Source: an uncultured Chloroflexia bacterium
GTDB taxonomy: Bacteria > Chloroflexota > Anaerolineae > Anaerolineales > E44-bin32
Reading direction: 5' to 3'
DNA: 64,000 bases
Assembly: GCA_963789825.1 (NCBI GenBank)
Contig: CAWBME010000010.1
Location: 48,788 to 112,787, forward strand
Made by a program: the position numbers and the translations under genes. Shown piece after piece: positions 21,684-33,494 of the stretch. The notes beneath the pieces were generated by a model. It was not told where the DNA came from. It searched no databases and saw nothing but the letters and a program-made list of their open reading frames with translations. Positions within the stretch are counted from its first letter, which is position 1; each line of letters opens with the position of its first letter.

Positions 21684-21788
21684 TCCACCTCTCGCTACGC
21701 TTCACAAGGCGCTCAGCGCCGATCCCCCGCCCGCCGCACCCGGCTTGAGCCGGCCCCGGGCGCGTCATCGATCCGCGGTCAGGCTGGG

Positions 21789-23709
21789 CTAGCTCGGAAG
21801 CGAGGCGGATTCCTCGATCCACGACAGGCCCAGTCGCGACAGGGTCTCGCTCGTCGGGTTGCCGGTTTGCGAATCCCACTCTGCCTGCCGATAGTACTCT
21901 TCGAGCGCCGACTGGATCTCGTCGCGCGTCAGGCTGATCCCGGCCGTCGGTCCCTCGCCGCTGAGCGGCGTGTAGAACTTCTCGGGCAGCGTATCGGCGC
22001 GGCGATCGAGCCCCAGGCGGGCATTCATGGCGCGCATCATGTTGATGCGCCGCTCGCCGACCGCCATCAGTTCGTCCAGCGTGAAATCCTGCCAGCCCGT
22101 CGCCGCCCGGACGAAGTCGACCGTATCGGCCGGGCCATACAACGTCCACGCCGGCCCCCAGACAAACTGACACAAGCAGGCGCTGTCCAGGAACGAGTAG
22201 AACTGCTGCCCCTTGAGGGCAAAGCGCACCTTGTCCGGGCCCAGGGAGCGTGGCTCGATCGTCTTCTCGAAGCCCAGGTCCTTCAACCGTCCCATGTACA
22301 GGTCGGCCGCCCCGTCCTCGACCATCGGGTCATGCTCGGACGACTGATGATCGGCGCCGAACGGGTTGACGGCGTAGATCAGCCCCAGCGAGCGCTTGGA
22401 TTGCGGCATGTGAGCGGGAGCCTCGGCGCCCTTGACGGTGATCAAGTACTGCTGTCCCTTCCCGAGGATCTCCGCCGCCCTGCGCGAGCCATTGGCAAGC
22501 ACGTCACCGAACCCCTGCCGCTGGGCGATCATCTCGGTCAGACGCACCATTGCCTGCGCGTCGCCGAAGGGGGCGGCGAATCCAATGTCGGCTGCGGTCA
22601 AGACGCCGTTCGTGAAGCACTCCATTGCCCAGGCGACGGTGGCGCCGGTCCCGATGGTGTCCAGGCCGTAGACATTGCACAGCTGGTTGGCCAAGGCGAC
22701 GGCCTTCAGGTCCTTCACGCCGCAGTACGAGCCGAAGGTGGCGATGGTCTCATACTCCGGCCCGCCGAAGCGCTTCTCCACCGCCTGCTGCAGGAACTCG
22801 GCCTCGACCACCCGCTTGCAGCGCACGCGTGCAGGCATAGCAGGTGTCGTTCTCCTTCAAGAGGGTGTCGGCCAGTTTCTCGCCTGAGATGCTCTCGAAG
22901 TCCGCGAACTGGCCAGCGTTGTAGTTGAAGGTCGGCAGGCTGCCGATGTCGTTCTGGAAGACGACGACGCCGGCCGTGCCGTAGTCCCTCAGCCCCAGCA
23001 CATCGGCGTTGTTGGGCACCTCGGCCGCGCCCCACTTGGCCAGCTCGTTCAGCCTTGCCGGATCGCTCCAGGGCAGCTTCTTGCTCGACCCGCGCACGAC
23101 GACCGCCTTGAGGTTCTTCGATCCCATCACCGCGCCGAGGCCTGTGCGGCCGTTGGCCCGATTGTCCATGTTCATGATCGCGGCCAGGCGCACCAGCTTC
23201 TCGCCAGCCGGGCCGATCTGCGCGATCTCGATCTTGTCATCCTTCAGCTCAGCCTTGAGCAGGTCGGTCGCCTCGGCGGTGGTCTTGCCCCACAGATGAG
23301 TAGCCGGGCGCAGCTCGGCCTGACCGTCGTGCAGCCACAAGTACACCGGCTGGCTGGCCTTGCCGCGGATCACCAGCCCGTCGAACCCGGCGAAGCGCAT
23401 CTCGGCCGGGAAGAAACCGCCGCACTGGCTGTCGCCGATGCCGTCGGTGAGCGGAGAAATGGCATTGGCCGTCATGCGGCTCTGGCCGGAGATCGGTGCG
23501 CCGGTCAGCGCACTGACCATCATCGTCAGCACATTCTCCGGGCCCAGCGGGTCGACACGGCCCGGCAGGGCGCGCAGGATGTAGTACATCCCCATCGCCG
23601 AGCCGCCCAGGTACTTGCGGTAGAAGGCCTCCGTCGGCTGCTCGACCTCGAGCCGCCCCTCGGTCAGATCCACATGCAGGATTCGTCGTGCGAAACCCTC
23701 AGCCATCAC
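21789..23709 (-). CDS. Aldehyde:ferredoxin oxidoreductase family protein 1 (frameshift near 22830)
   Basis: YLGG, SPLT, GRTGLGAVMGSKNLKAV, CYAC...C, GPEYET, GLDTI and GADH motifs. Confidence 0.93.
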
Positions 23710-23718
23710 CCAGCCTCC

Positions 23719-25014
23719 TCAGGTCAATGCGGGAGCACGGACATCGGCCAGCGCCTCGTCCAATGCCGCAGCGAAGACACCCAGCCCATCGGCAATCTGC
23801 GCCCCGCTCACCATCAGCGGAGGGATGAAGCGGATCGCCTGATCATACGTCCCACAGGTCAAGAGCAGCAGATCCCGCTCGTACGCCCGTCGCATTGTGG
23901 CTTTGGCCAATTCGGTCCACGGCCGACCGTCCGGCGCGGTGAACTCGGCCGCCACCATCAGTCCGACGCCGCGCACGTCGCCGATCGCCGGCCGGGCAGT
24001 CTGCAGCTCGCGCAAGCCGTCGAGCAGCACCCCGCCCTGGGTAGCGGCGTTCTCCACCATCTTCTCCTGGCGGATCGCCTCGAGCGTCGCCACGGCCGCG
24101 GCGCAGGCGACGGCGTTGCCGCCAAAGGTGCCGCCGTGCGACCCCGGAATCCACTTCTCCATCAGCGAGCGGCGGGCGGCCAGCCCGGCCAGCGGCAGGC
24201 CGGAGGCAATGCCCTTGGCCATCACCAGGATGTCCGGAACCACGCCGGTGTGCTCGACGGCAAACCACTTCCCGGTGCGCCCGATGCCCGATTGGACTTC
24301 GTCGGCGATCAGCAGGATTCCGTGCGCATCGCACAGCTCACGCAGCGCCGGAAGGAAGTCGGGCGGTGGGACAACGTAGCCACCCTCTCCGAGGACAGGC
24401 TCGATCAGGATGGCTGCCGTCTCCTCGGGCGCCGTCTGCGACTTGAGCAGATGCTTCAGCTCATCCAGGCAGAAGCGAGAGGTGGTGGCAGCATCCCAGC
24501 CATAGCGGTAGGCGTAGGGATAAGGCGCCACGAACACCCCTCCCGTGAGCGGCTGGTAGCCGGCGCGATAGATGGTCTTGGAGGTGGTCATCGCCATGGT
24601 GGCATTGGTCCGGCCGTGGAACGACCCCTGAAAGACAATGATGTTCTGCCGCCGGGTGGCGTGGCGCGCCAGCTTGACCGCGCCTTCGATGACCTCCGCG
24701 CCCGAGTTGGTGAAGAAGAAGCTATCCAGCGGAGCAGGGACGACCTCCAGCAGCTCCTGCGCCAGGCGGAGCATCGGTTGATGGATGACGATGTTGGCCT
24801 GCCCGTGCAATAGCAGGGCCGCCTGCTCCTGGATGGCTTTCACCACGTGTGGGTGTGCGTGCCCGGTGCTGGTGACACCGATGCCGCAGGTGAAATCCAG
24901 GTAGCGGCGGCCATCCAGGTCGTACAGGTAGGCGCCTTCGCCGCGGGCGACGTGTAGCGTCCAGCTCCGGCTCCAGACGGGGGAGAGATGGTTGGTCGCG
25001 TCCGACACCGTCAT
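23719..25014 (-). CDS. Class III aminotransferase, GabT-like (4-aminobutyrate/5-aminovalerate)
   Basis: SGAEVIEGAVK, FHGRT, EPVLGEGG, DEVQSGIGRTG, MAKGIASG. Confidence 0.9.
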   Translation of the reverse strand: MTVSDATNHLSPVWSRSWTLHVARGEGAYLYDLDGRRYLDFTCGIGVTSTGHAHPHVVKAIQEQAALLLHGQANIVIHQPMLRLAQELLEVVPAPLDSFFFTNSGAEVIEGAVKLARHATRRQNIIVFQGSFHGRTNATMAMTTSKTIYRAGYQPLTGGVFVAPYPYAYRYGWDAATTSRFCLDELKHLLKSQTAPEETAAILIEPVLGEGGYVVPPPDFLPALRELCDAHGILLIADEVQSGIGRTGKWFAVEHTGVVPDILVMAKGIASGLPLAGLAARRSLMEKWIPGSHGGTFGGNAVACAAAVATLEAIRQEKMVENAATQGGVLLDGLRELQTARPAIGDVRGVGLMVAAEFTAPDGRPWTELAKATMRRAYERDLLLLTCGTYDQAIRFIPPLMVSGAQIADGLGVFAAALDEALADVRAPALT

Positions 25015-25144
25015 ACTTAACCTCCTGGACTACCCTGGGGCGCCCGCCGTCCCACGCCGGACGCTCGAACGGTCTGTGTTGGCAGCCGCCGGCTTCAGGT
25101 TCCCCCGTGCGGCGAGGAGAACGCCAGGGGGCATGCGCTACCCC

Positions 25145-25153
25145 ATGGTAGCA
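25145..25153 (-). promoter_or_regulatory. Possible internal extended -10 (TGCTACCAT) for gabT-aor-aor-moaD
   Basis: Lies in the 240-bp gap between mttB and the aminotransferase. Confidence 0.4.
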
Positions 25154-25256
25154 CGCCCCGCATCCTCCTTGAAGGAGGTTCGGCCTCATCCCGGCCTGTC
25201 CTGGTTCCCGCTCTCGGCCCTCCGGTATTCACCCGAGGCGCGGCGCACGGGCGCGG

Positions 25257-26699
25257 CTACATTTCTTCGGGAATCTCCAGATCTGCCCGCCGCAGGATGG
25301 CATGCAACTCACTGGCCACATCTTCGGGTATCGGATCGATGGGAGGTCCTTCCAGCACCTCCCTCACCCGCTCCCGAGCCTTCGAGTAGATCGATGGCCG
25401 CCCGGCGTCCACCCAGGCTTGGTATGGGCGGCGCTCCAGCAGGCGGGACAGGTAGAACTCGCCGCCGCGCGGCGCCTGGCGCGTGCTGCGCCGCTTGAGG
25501 AAGTGCCCGCCGGGGCCGACCTCGGCGATGTCGGCCAACAGATCGTGCTCCTGGTCGACCTCCACGCCCTGGCACAGCCGCCGGCACACCCGGCCGAGCT
25601 CCTCGTCGACGATCATCTGTTCGAGCGCCAATGCCTGGCTGCACTCGACCAGGCCGATGCCGATCACCATGTCGGAGCCGGCCAGGAACGGCGGGAGCAT
25701 CGAGGTCATCTTCTCCAGAACCGCCTGAGCCCCCGGCTCTTTGGCATCCGCCGAGCAGCCGGTCGAGGTCGAGGGCAGGTTGTAGTAGCGGCCCATGCGC
25801 GTCAGCGCCCCGGCCTGCAAGCCGGTCTCAGCGCCTCCGGCCAGGAAGCCACCGGTGCTGAAGTCGAGCACGCCGATGGCATTGGCGTAGACCATCGGTC
25901 GACCCGGATTCGCCAGCTGGAAGATCACGAATGCCGACAGCGCCTCGGCGTTCGCCAGGCAGATATTGGAGAACAGGCTGGCAGGTCCCGTGGTCCCCAC
26001 CACCGGCATCGGCATCACCATCACCGGCAGGTCGAACTCGCCCAACTCCAGGTAGGCGTCCAGCATCTGCCCGTCGTGCACCAGCGGCGCCACCGGGCAG
26101 TAGATCAGCGAGCAGATCTTGTGCGCGCGGATGGCATCTTCGCTTCCCTGGATCGCGCGCAGTCCCTCCACCAGGTAGGGCACTTGGTCGACCCGGTGGA
26201 GCTCGTGCTCGCCGTGCTTGGAGCAGAATTCGAGCATGGTGAAGAACTCATGCAGCGGCCGGGACTGGGCCGGCGCGTCGGAGGCGCAGGTCGGCGCCCA
26301 GGCCATCACTCCCATCTCCAGCGATTGGAGCACGCGCATGGCGTCGCGGATGTCGGCGGTCGTGCCATAGCGCCGCTCCCCGGTGGTGAAGTCGAGCGTG
26401 AACGCCGCGGTGCCGTCCATGCCGAAGTGGGTCGAGGGCGAGGGCAAGGGGTAGCTCAGGGTGGGATTGCGCGCCTCGAGCACGACTTGCGAGGGCGCCG
26501 TGCGCAGCGCCTGCTCGATCAACTCGCGCGGCAGTCTGGCGACACCGTCGTCGTCCGACACGGTCACGCCATGCGCCTGCAGAATCCCCGGTGCCCTCTG
26601 GCCGAGATAGCGCACGCCCACTTCGGAAAGGATCCGCAAGCTCACCTCATGGATGCGTTCCTGCTCTTCGGGTGACACCGGGCTTGCGGTCCATCTCAT
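25257..26699 (-). CDS. MttB-superfamily corrinoid methyltransferase (non-pyrrolysine)
   Basis: IHEVSLRILSEVGV, GTTGPASL, NAEAL, DAKEPGAQ, VGPGGHFL. Confidence 0.9.
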   Translation of the reverse strand: MRWTASPVSPEEQERIHEVSLRILSEVGVRYLGQRAPGILQAHGVTVSDDDGVARLPRELIEQALRTAPSQVVLEARNPTLSYPLPSPSTHFGMDGTAAFTLDFTTGERRYGTTADIRDAMRVLQSLEMGVMAWAPTCASDAPAQSRPLHEFFTMLEFCSKHGEHELHRVDQVPYLVEGLRAIQGSEDAIRAHKICSLIYCPVAPLVHDGQMLDAYLELGEFDLPVMVMPMPVVGTTGPASLFSNICLANAEALSAFVIFQLANPGRPMVYANAIGVLDFSTGGFLAGGAETGLQAGALTRMGRYYNLPSTSTGCSADAKEPGAQAVLEKMTSMLPPFLAGSDMVIGIGLVECSQALALEQMIVDEELGRVCRRLCQGVEVDQEHDLLADIAEVGPGGHFLKRRSTRQAPRGGEFYLSRLLERRPYQAWVDAGRPSIYSKARERVREVLEGPPIDPIPEDVASELHAILRRADLEIPEEM

Positions 26700-26727
26700 G
26701 CCAGGCCTCGCAGTCTTGCCAGGATGC

Positions 26728-28150
26728 CTAGGGGGTCGCCGCCTCGATCCGATCCAGCTCGCGCTCCACGCGTTCGTCGAGCGGCAGGGGCTGATGCTTC
26801 GCCAGAATCGTCCGGACGCGCTCGGTCAGTTGCCGCTCAAGGCTCGGGCGGTCCTGCTGCAACCAAGCCTCATACGTGCCATGGGTTCCCAGATCACTGA
26901 GGTACCACTCGCCGCGCCGAATGGAATCGCGCGTGCTGGGTTCCTTGAGGAAGTTGCTGCCCGGCTTAACGCCTTGCAGGACCTCGTCCAGCCAGTCCTC
27001 CGGCCTGCTGCCGATTCCCTGATGCAGGCGTCGGCAGCGGGAGAAGATCTCGATGTCCACCAGGATCTGCTCGAGGCAGAGCACGGTCGATCCCTCGAGC
27101 AGGCCGGGGCCGATCAGGATATCCGGCCAGGCCAGTCCCGGCAGGCTCCAGTTGAGTGCGCGCTCAACTCCGAGCTGCAGCCCGGGAATGTGCGCATCCG
27201 ATGCTCCCGCAGAGGCCTCGATGGGGAGCTGGTAGAACCGGCCCATCTCCGCCACCGCCGCCCCGAGCAAGGCATGCTCCACCTGCCCTCCCGTGTAGCG
27301 CCAGGTGCGGGGATTGACGGCCGCCGGAACCGGCGCGTACAGGCAGGGCGTGCCCGGCGCCGCTGCCTGGATCAGGCAGATCATGGCCAGCGTCTCGCTG
27401 TTGGCCACCACCAGCGTCGAGATCAGGCTGGCGGGCGCGCTGGCTCCCATCAGGGGCATCGGCATCACCGCCACCGGAATCTTCCACTCCGCCATCTCCA
27501 TCCAGCCATCGATCAATTCCCTGCCCAGCACCAGCGGCGAGAGCGGACACACCAGCAAGGAGAACGGATTGGCGCGCTGGATGGCCTCCCGGCTGCCGAA
27601 GACCACTTGCAGGATCTCGAGCAGAGTGCGTGCGGAGGCGGCGTCCAGCGCCAAGTCCTGGATGTGTTTCGAAAACGAGGCGAAGGCACGCCGCCAGTGG
27701 CGGACGGCGCTCATCGGCTCATTCTCCGGACCGGTCGGTTCGACCATGCACCAGTAGACGCCGACCGGGTCGAGAGCATCGATGAGCGTGGTGGCGGCTT
27801 GCCAATCCTCCCAGGTGCCGGGACGCCGCCGGCCGGTGGCCAGATCGAGCACCTGGGTCGCCCCCCCGTCGGCGCAGAGCGTGCACGCGCTGCCATCGAG
27901 CGTCAGCGTCCAGCCCGCGCGCCGCCCGCCCAGCGTGACGGTGCGCGGGGCCGTGCGCAGACTCGCCTCGATCAGCCCCCGGGGGAGATGCGCGCATCCG
28001 GAGGAGTCGAGCCGCGCCCCGGCCTCACGCCAGAAGCCGACGGGCCTGCTCATGGTCCACCCGCACGCCGGTCGTCTCGAGCAGGCGCAACGTCCGCTCG
28101 TGGACCTCCTCGCGTTCCTTCGCCGAGAGCACCGACAGCATCGGCTGCAT
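26728..28150 (-). CDS. MttB-superfamily methyltransferase (frameshift near the N-terminus)
   Basis: SPLVL, MGASAPASL, NSETLA, SDAH, KPGSNFL. Confidence 0.88.
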
Positions 28151-29122
28151 CTACGCCTCACCCACCTTGCGCAGCAGTTTGTGTGGATCGAGCGCGTCGC
28201 GCAAGCCATCGCCGATGTAGTTCACGGAGATGATCGTCAGGAAGATCATGATCCCCGGGAAGATCGCCAGCCACGGGTGGCGGGTCAGATGGTTCTGGGC
28301 GTCGCTCAGCAGGTTGCCCCAGCTCGGGATCGGCGGCTGGATGCCGAATCCGAGGAAGCTCAGGCCGGACTCCTCCATGATGGCATAGCCCACCACCAGC
28401 GTCGCCTCGACGATGATCGGTCCGACGGCATTGGGCAGGATGTGGCGGACCATCAACCGGGTGTTCGACGCCCCCAGGCAGCGCGAGGCGATGACGAAAT
28501 CCATATCGCGGATCGTCAGGTAGCTGGCGCGCACCAGGCGCGCAACCGTCATCCACGAGAGCACGCCGATCACCAGCGACACGGTCAGCACGCTGTTCGC
28601 GCTGAGCAGTGGGATCTGCACCTCGGTGAGCAAGGCGCTGAGCAGAATCAGGATCAAGAGCGACGGCAACGACAGGGCGGCATCGGTGAGCCGCATCAGC
28701 ACGCTCTCCACCCTGCCGCCGAAGTACCCGGCGGAAGCGCCGATCGGGATCCCGATCACCAGCGTGATCAGCATCACCAGCAAGCCCACCCGCAGGGAGA
28801 CCCGGCCGCCATACAGGATGCGCGTGAGCAGATCGCGCCCGAGCGAGTCGGTGCCCATCGGATGCTGCAGCGAGGGCGGCTCCAGCCGCGCCGACATGTC
28901 CGACGCCACCGGGCTGTACGGCGAGAGGGGAGCCAGCATCGCACTCAGGGTGATCAGAGACAGGACAATCACCCCCCAGCGTGCACCGGGGTGGTTGCGG
29001 AATCTCCGCCAGACCATCTGGCCCATGCTCTCCCCGGCGTCGCTTGCCGCCGGGCGAGCCAGCGCGCCGCGGCCGCTCCATGGGCTGTCGGCTTCCGGCT
29101 CACGCCCATCCCCGTCACTCAT
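28151..29122 (-). CDS. Opp/Dpp-type ABC permease (DppC-like)
   Basis: HPMGTDSLGRD, LSFLGFG, GDGLRDALDP. Confidence 0.93.
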   Translation of the reverse strand: MSDGDGREPEADSPWSGRGALARPAASDAGESMGQMVWRRFRNHPGARWGVIVLSLITLSAMLAPLSPYSPVASDMSARLEPPSLQHPMGTDSLGRDLLTRILYGGRVSLRVGLLVMLITLVIGIPIGASAGYFGGRVESVLMRLTDAALSLPSLLILILLSALLTEVQIPLLSANSVLTVSLVIGVLSWMTVARLVRASYLTIRDMDFVIASRCLGASNTRLMVRHILPNAVGPIIVEATLVVGYAIMEESGLSFLGFGIQPPIPSWGNLLSDAQNHLTRHPWLAIFPGIMIFLTIISVNYIGDGLRDALDPHKLLRKVGEA

Positions 29123-30159
29123 AACGAATCCTCGGGTCCAGGACGGAGTAGCCGAGGTCGGCCAGCAGGTTGCAGACGGCGGTGGTGGCGGCGGTGATGA
29201 TCAGGATCGCCATCAGCAGGGGGTAGTCGCGCTGCATCGCGGCATCGTAGTACAGCCGGCCCATCCCGGGCCACGAGAAGATCAGCTCGACGTACAGCGA
29301 TCCGGCGATGATGTACGGGATGTCGAGAGCGAAGATCGTCAGCAGCGGGATCAGCGCATTGCGCAGGGCATGCCGGTAGATCACCCGTCGCTCTGGAACG
29401 CCCTTTGGCTCTGGCCGTTCTCAGGTAGTCCTGGTGCATCACGTCCAGCATCCCTGAGCGCAGGAAGCGGGAGTACCAGGCGACCCACCCCACGGCGCCC
29501 ATCGTCACCGGCAGGATCAGATGCCTCACCCAGTCCAACACCGAGAATCGGGGCGCCGAGCGTGTGCATCCCTCCCGGCCGGAAGCAACGGCTCACCGGT
29601 GAAGGGATTGTTCAGCCAACCGTAGAAGACCAGAATCAAGATCAGCCCCAGCCAGAACTCGGGGATGGCCTGCCCGGCGAAGGCGAGGGTCGTCGCCGTC
29701 AGGTCGAATTTCGAGTACTGCTGGACCGCGGACAGCACGCCGATGGGAATGGCGATCAGGGCGACCACGACCAGGGTCACGCTCATCAGGTAGATCGTGT
29801 TGGGCAGCCGCAGCGCGATCTCGTCATGACCGGCTGCGCGCGTGCGATAGGAGAACCCGAAGTCGCCGCGCAACACGCCCCGGCGCTCGCCGCGGCTCTC
29901 GGCCAGCGCCATCGCCATCGGCATCGACCTTCATCCAGTCGTTCCCGACCAACCAGATCACGTACTGCAGCGGGATCGGCTGATCCAGCCCGAGCTGCCG
30001 GCGCAGTTGCTCCGCCCGCTGCGGGTTGACGTGACGCGAGCCGCCATGTGCGGCCAGCGGGCCCCCCGGCGTGGCGTTCATCAAGGCAAACAGCCCGATG
30101 CTCACCAGGAATAGCAGCGGGATGAACTGCAGCAAGCGGCGGATGACGTACTTCGACAT
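29115..30159 (-). CDS. Opp/Dpp-type ABC permease (DppB-like), several frameshifts
   Basis: MSKYVIRRLL, GDFGFSY, DYLRTARAKG, HALRNA and DPRIRY in successive frames. Confidence 0.88.
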
Positions 30160-30226
30160 GCTCGCCCTCAGGGAGAGAGGCCGTTCGTGATCGACCCCCC
30201 TCCCCTGGTTCGCCTGCGACGGTCGA

Positions 30227-31945
30227 CTACTCGGCCAGCGTCCATGCGGCGACGTTCCAGGTCACCATGTCGTTGGCGGTTGACTGGATTCCCTGGAGCC
30301 GGTCGGCGTGCACCTCGGCGTTGACCGCCGAGAACAGCAGGATCTGCGGCAGCTCGGCGTCGAGGATCTCGGCCATCTGGCAGAACAGCTCCCTGCGGGT
30401 GTCCTCATCCAGCGTGTAGGCCTCATCCAGCAGGGCATCGAAGTCCGGATTGATCCAGCGGCCGACGTTGAAGCCGTTGTCCGGCTCGGCGGAGTAGGAG
30501 TGATAGTAGAAGTACAGGTGATCGGTGGGATCGACACCCGGATAGCCGTCGTCATACATGTCCAGGTCGAACTCCCCGTTCTGCTCCGTGCCGCCGCTGG
30601 CGGCATCGGCCCACATCACGGTGCCCTGGACGATGCGCAGCGACGGCTGCATGCCGATCGCGCCCAGCATCTCCCCGACCAGTTGGTGGGCTTGCTCGAG
30701 TTCGGGGCCGTACTCGCCGTAGGTCGCCAGCTCGAAGGCCATCGGCGTTCCGTCCTCGGCCGTGCCACAGCCGCGGCACTCGCGAACACCGTCGCCGTCG
30801 CTGTCGACCCAGCCCGCCTCCTCCAGCAGCGCGGCGGCCGCCGCAGGATCGTAGGCCGGTCGCGCAACCTCGCACACGTCATACGGCGGGCGGAAGAACT
30901 CGGTCCACACCGGTTTGCCGTAACCGAAGAAGACCTGCTGATTGATGGTGTCGACGTCGATGGCCATGCGCATCGCCTGACGCACGCGCACGTCCGCAAA
31001 GACCGGATGTGGAGGTCCGGCCGGGTCGGTGGTGCCGCGGGCGACAAGGTTCGGGAACAGGCGGAAGACCCAACGCGAGGTCGGCGCCAGGCTGGTGGTC
31101 AGCCCCTCGGCCTCCTTGAGTTCCTCCAGGCCGCTCTCGGTGACCCATACATCCAGATCGGCGTCGCCGCGGCGTGAGCATCGTCCTGCGCACCGCCGGC
31201 TCCGGCACCACCCGAACGATGATCTGGTCGATGGAGGGCGTCACGGCGCCGGTGTACTCCGGATTGCGGGCAAAGGTCAGATGGTCGCCGGTGACCCATT
31301 CCGTCAGCACGTACGGGCCGCTGCTCAGCGGCTGGCGGTTGCAGTCCCAGGCGACAAAGCCCTGCGCGGCGTCGCAGTAGTGCGCCGGCCAGATCACCAC
31401 CTGGTCGCCGCCGAACTGCGTGAGGTAGCCCGGGAAGACCGAGGTGTAGTGCACGACGAACGTGGTGTCATCGATCTGCTCGACGCTGTCGATGTAGTCC
31501 GAACCCTGGAGCCAGATCCCGCCCTCCGGATCCGAGATCGCCTCCCAGGTGAAGAGCACATCCGCGGCGGTGAGCGGCTCGCCGTCCGCCCAGCGCACGT
31601 CGTCCCTCAGCGTCCAGGTGACGTCCATGGCGCCGGTGTCCTCATCGATCACCACCCCGCCGTTCTCCAGGGTCGGCAGCCCGGCGGCCAGCTCGGGGAA
31701 GATGTTCCCCTGCGGATCGATGTCGGTGACGCTCTGCAGGACCAGCTCCATCACCAGCGAGTCGAAGCCGGCGTCGGTCACCAGGCCGTTGAAGCTTGGC
31801 GGATCCTCGGGAATGGTGATGACGATGCTGGACTTACCTCCGCTCGGCGCGCGCGCCTCCGATTGGCATCCGGCGGCGACCAGTGCACAGAGTGCAACGA
31901 CCAGGATCGGAATGGTATACGGGCGGAGATGCAGGTTCCTCGCAT
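30227..31945 (-). CDS. Family-5 ABC substrate-binding lipoprotein (frameshifted)
   Basis: Lipobox AAGC, LRDDVRWADGEPLTAADVLFTW, SSGPY, VRQAMRMAID; AAAGGAGG SD. Confidence 0.9.
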
Positions 31946-31986
31946 GGCTCCTCCTCCTTTGCGTGTCGGCAGCCGCCCGTCGGTAC

Positions 31987-33456
31987 TCAGCGTCTCGTGG
32001 GCGGCGAGGCGAACTCGGCATCGGCGGCTTTCAGGATGCGCTCGAATTCCTTCTTCTGCGCCTCATCCAGAGGCTGTGGCTGATGGTTTCGCAGGATGGT
32101 CTCGACCTTGTCGCGGGCGACCTGCAGCGGATCCTGCATCCCGCCCGCCGGAGCGGGCTGGGAGGTCAGGTCCGAGAACCGCAGGCGGCGCATGCTGTCG
32201 CGGGCGTGCTTGTGGCGCAAGAACACGCCCCGCGGGCCGACCTGCCGCACGACGTCGACCGCCAGCGCCTGCTCGCTCACGTCGAGCCGCTCGGCCAGCA
32301 CCCGCACCCGGTGATAGATGTCGGAGTCCAGGATCAAGCTCCTCCGGGTAGAGTAGCGTGCAGGCCTCCAGCAGCCCCATGCCGCTCCCGGTCTCGGCGC
32401 CGCACAGGGCACACAGCATCAGGGAAGCTGGCGCTTCGGCCGCCGACTGCCAACCCGGAACCAGGGCATCCGTCCCGAAGCAGCCGGCCAGCGTGGGCAC
32501 GCCCCAGTGGTGGGCGATCTCGACGCCGAGCGGGTAGAACGGGTCGCCCTCCCAGGCGGTGGCGAGGTAGGCGCCGGTGCGCGGGTGCATGATGCCGGGC
32601 ATCATCGAGTGGAAGACCGCGCGCCCGGGAAGCGCCAGCTGGATGAGGACCAGCGCGGCAACGATCTCGGCGTCGGCGGCCGCCAGCGTTCCGGCGATCG
32701 TGCCCGGCCCGGTCGAGCCGGTGTTGGCCATCGACATGAAGCCCACCGGCAGGCCGGCCTCGGCCAAGACCAGCGCCGCCTCCATGCCGCCTTCGTCCTG
32801 CGCCAGCGGGGCGATCGTACACACCAGCGACGAGAGCGGCGGCCGGGCGCGCAGGGTGGCCTCGTCGCCGGCGACGACGTGCGCCAGCTCGACGGCGTAG
32901 CGCGCCATGCGCTCGTCCATGACCGTCTCGGTCTGCACATGCTTGACGGTATTGCGGAACGAGGCATCGAGCTCGTGGAGCGGCGCCGTGCGCGGATGGT
33001 CCTGCGCGCTGACGATCGGCCAGTAGAAGCCGACGGAGGACAGGGCGTCGGCCACCCGGGCCATGCGGGCGATGTCCTCCTTCTGCGACGGCCGTCGCTG
33101 GCGGGTCTCGAAGTCGATCGTCTCGACTCCGCAGCCATCCGTCGCCACGAACATCGCCGTCCCGTCGAGCACGGCATCGTGCGCCGGGCTGCGGGCCCCC
33201 AGCGCGTAGTGCCGCGGCGCCGCGCCATCGCCTGCAGCACCAGGTCCGGCGGCAGGCGCACGATTTCGGTCGCCTCGTCAATCTCGGCGCCGTGCTGGCG
33301 GTAGATCGCGCGCGCCTTGCTCGACGGACAATGCACGCCGACCGAATGCAGGATCTCGAGCGAGGCGAGGCGCAGAGCCTCCAACTGGTCCTCTGCCAGG
33401 ATGCGCATCCGATATCCCGGCCGGATCGGTTCAAGCGTGGGCGTCACGCTGGGCAA
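31987..33456 (-). CDS. MttB-superfamily methyltransferase (frameshifted)
   Basis: CTIAPLAQD, GSTGPGTIAG, VGPRGVFL, NHQPQPL. Confidence 0.88.
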
Positions 33457-33494
33457 GACGGCACCTCCTGCGAACCGGCGAGCAGGTCATCCGC

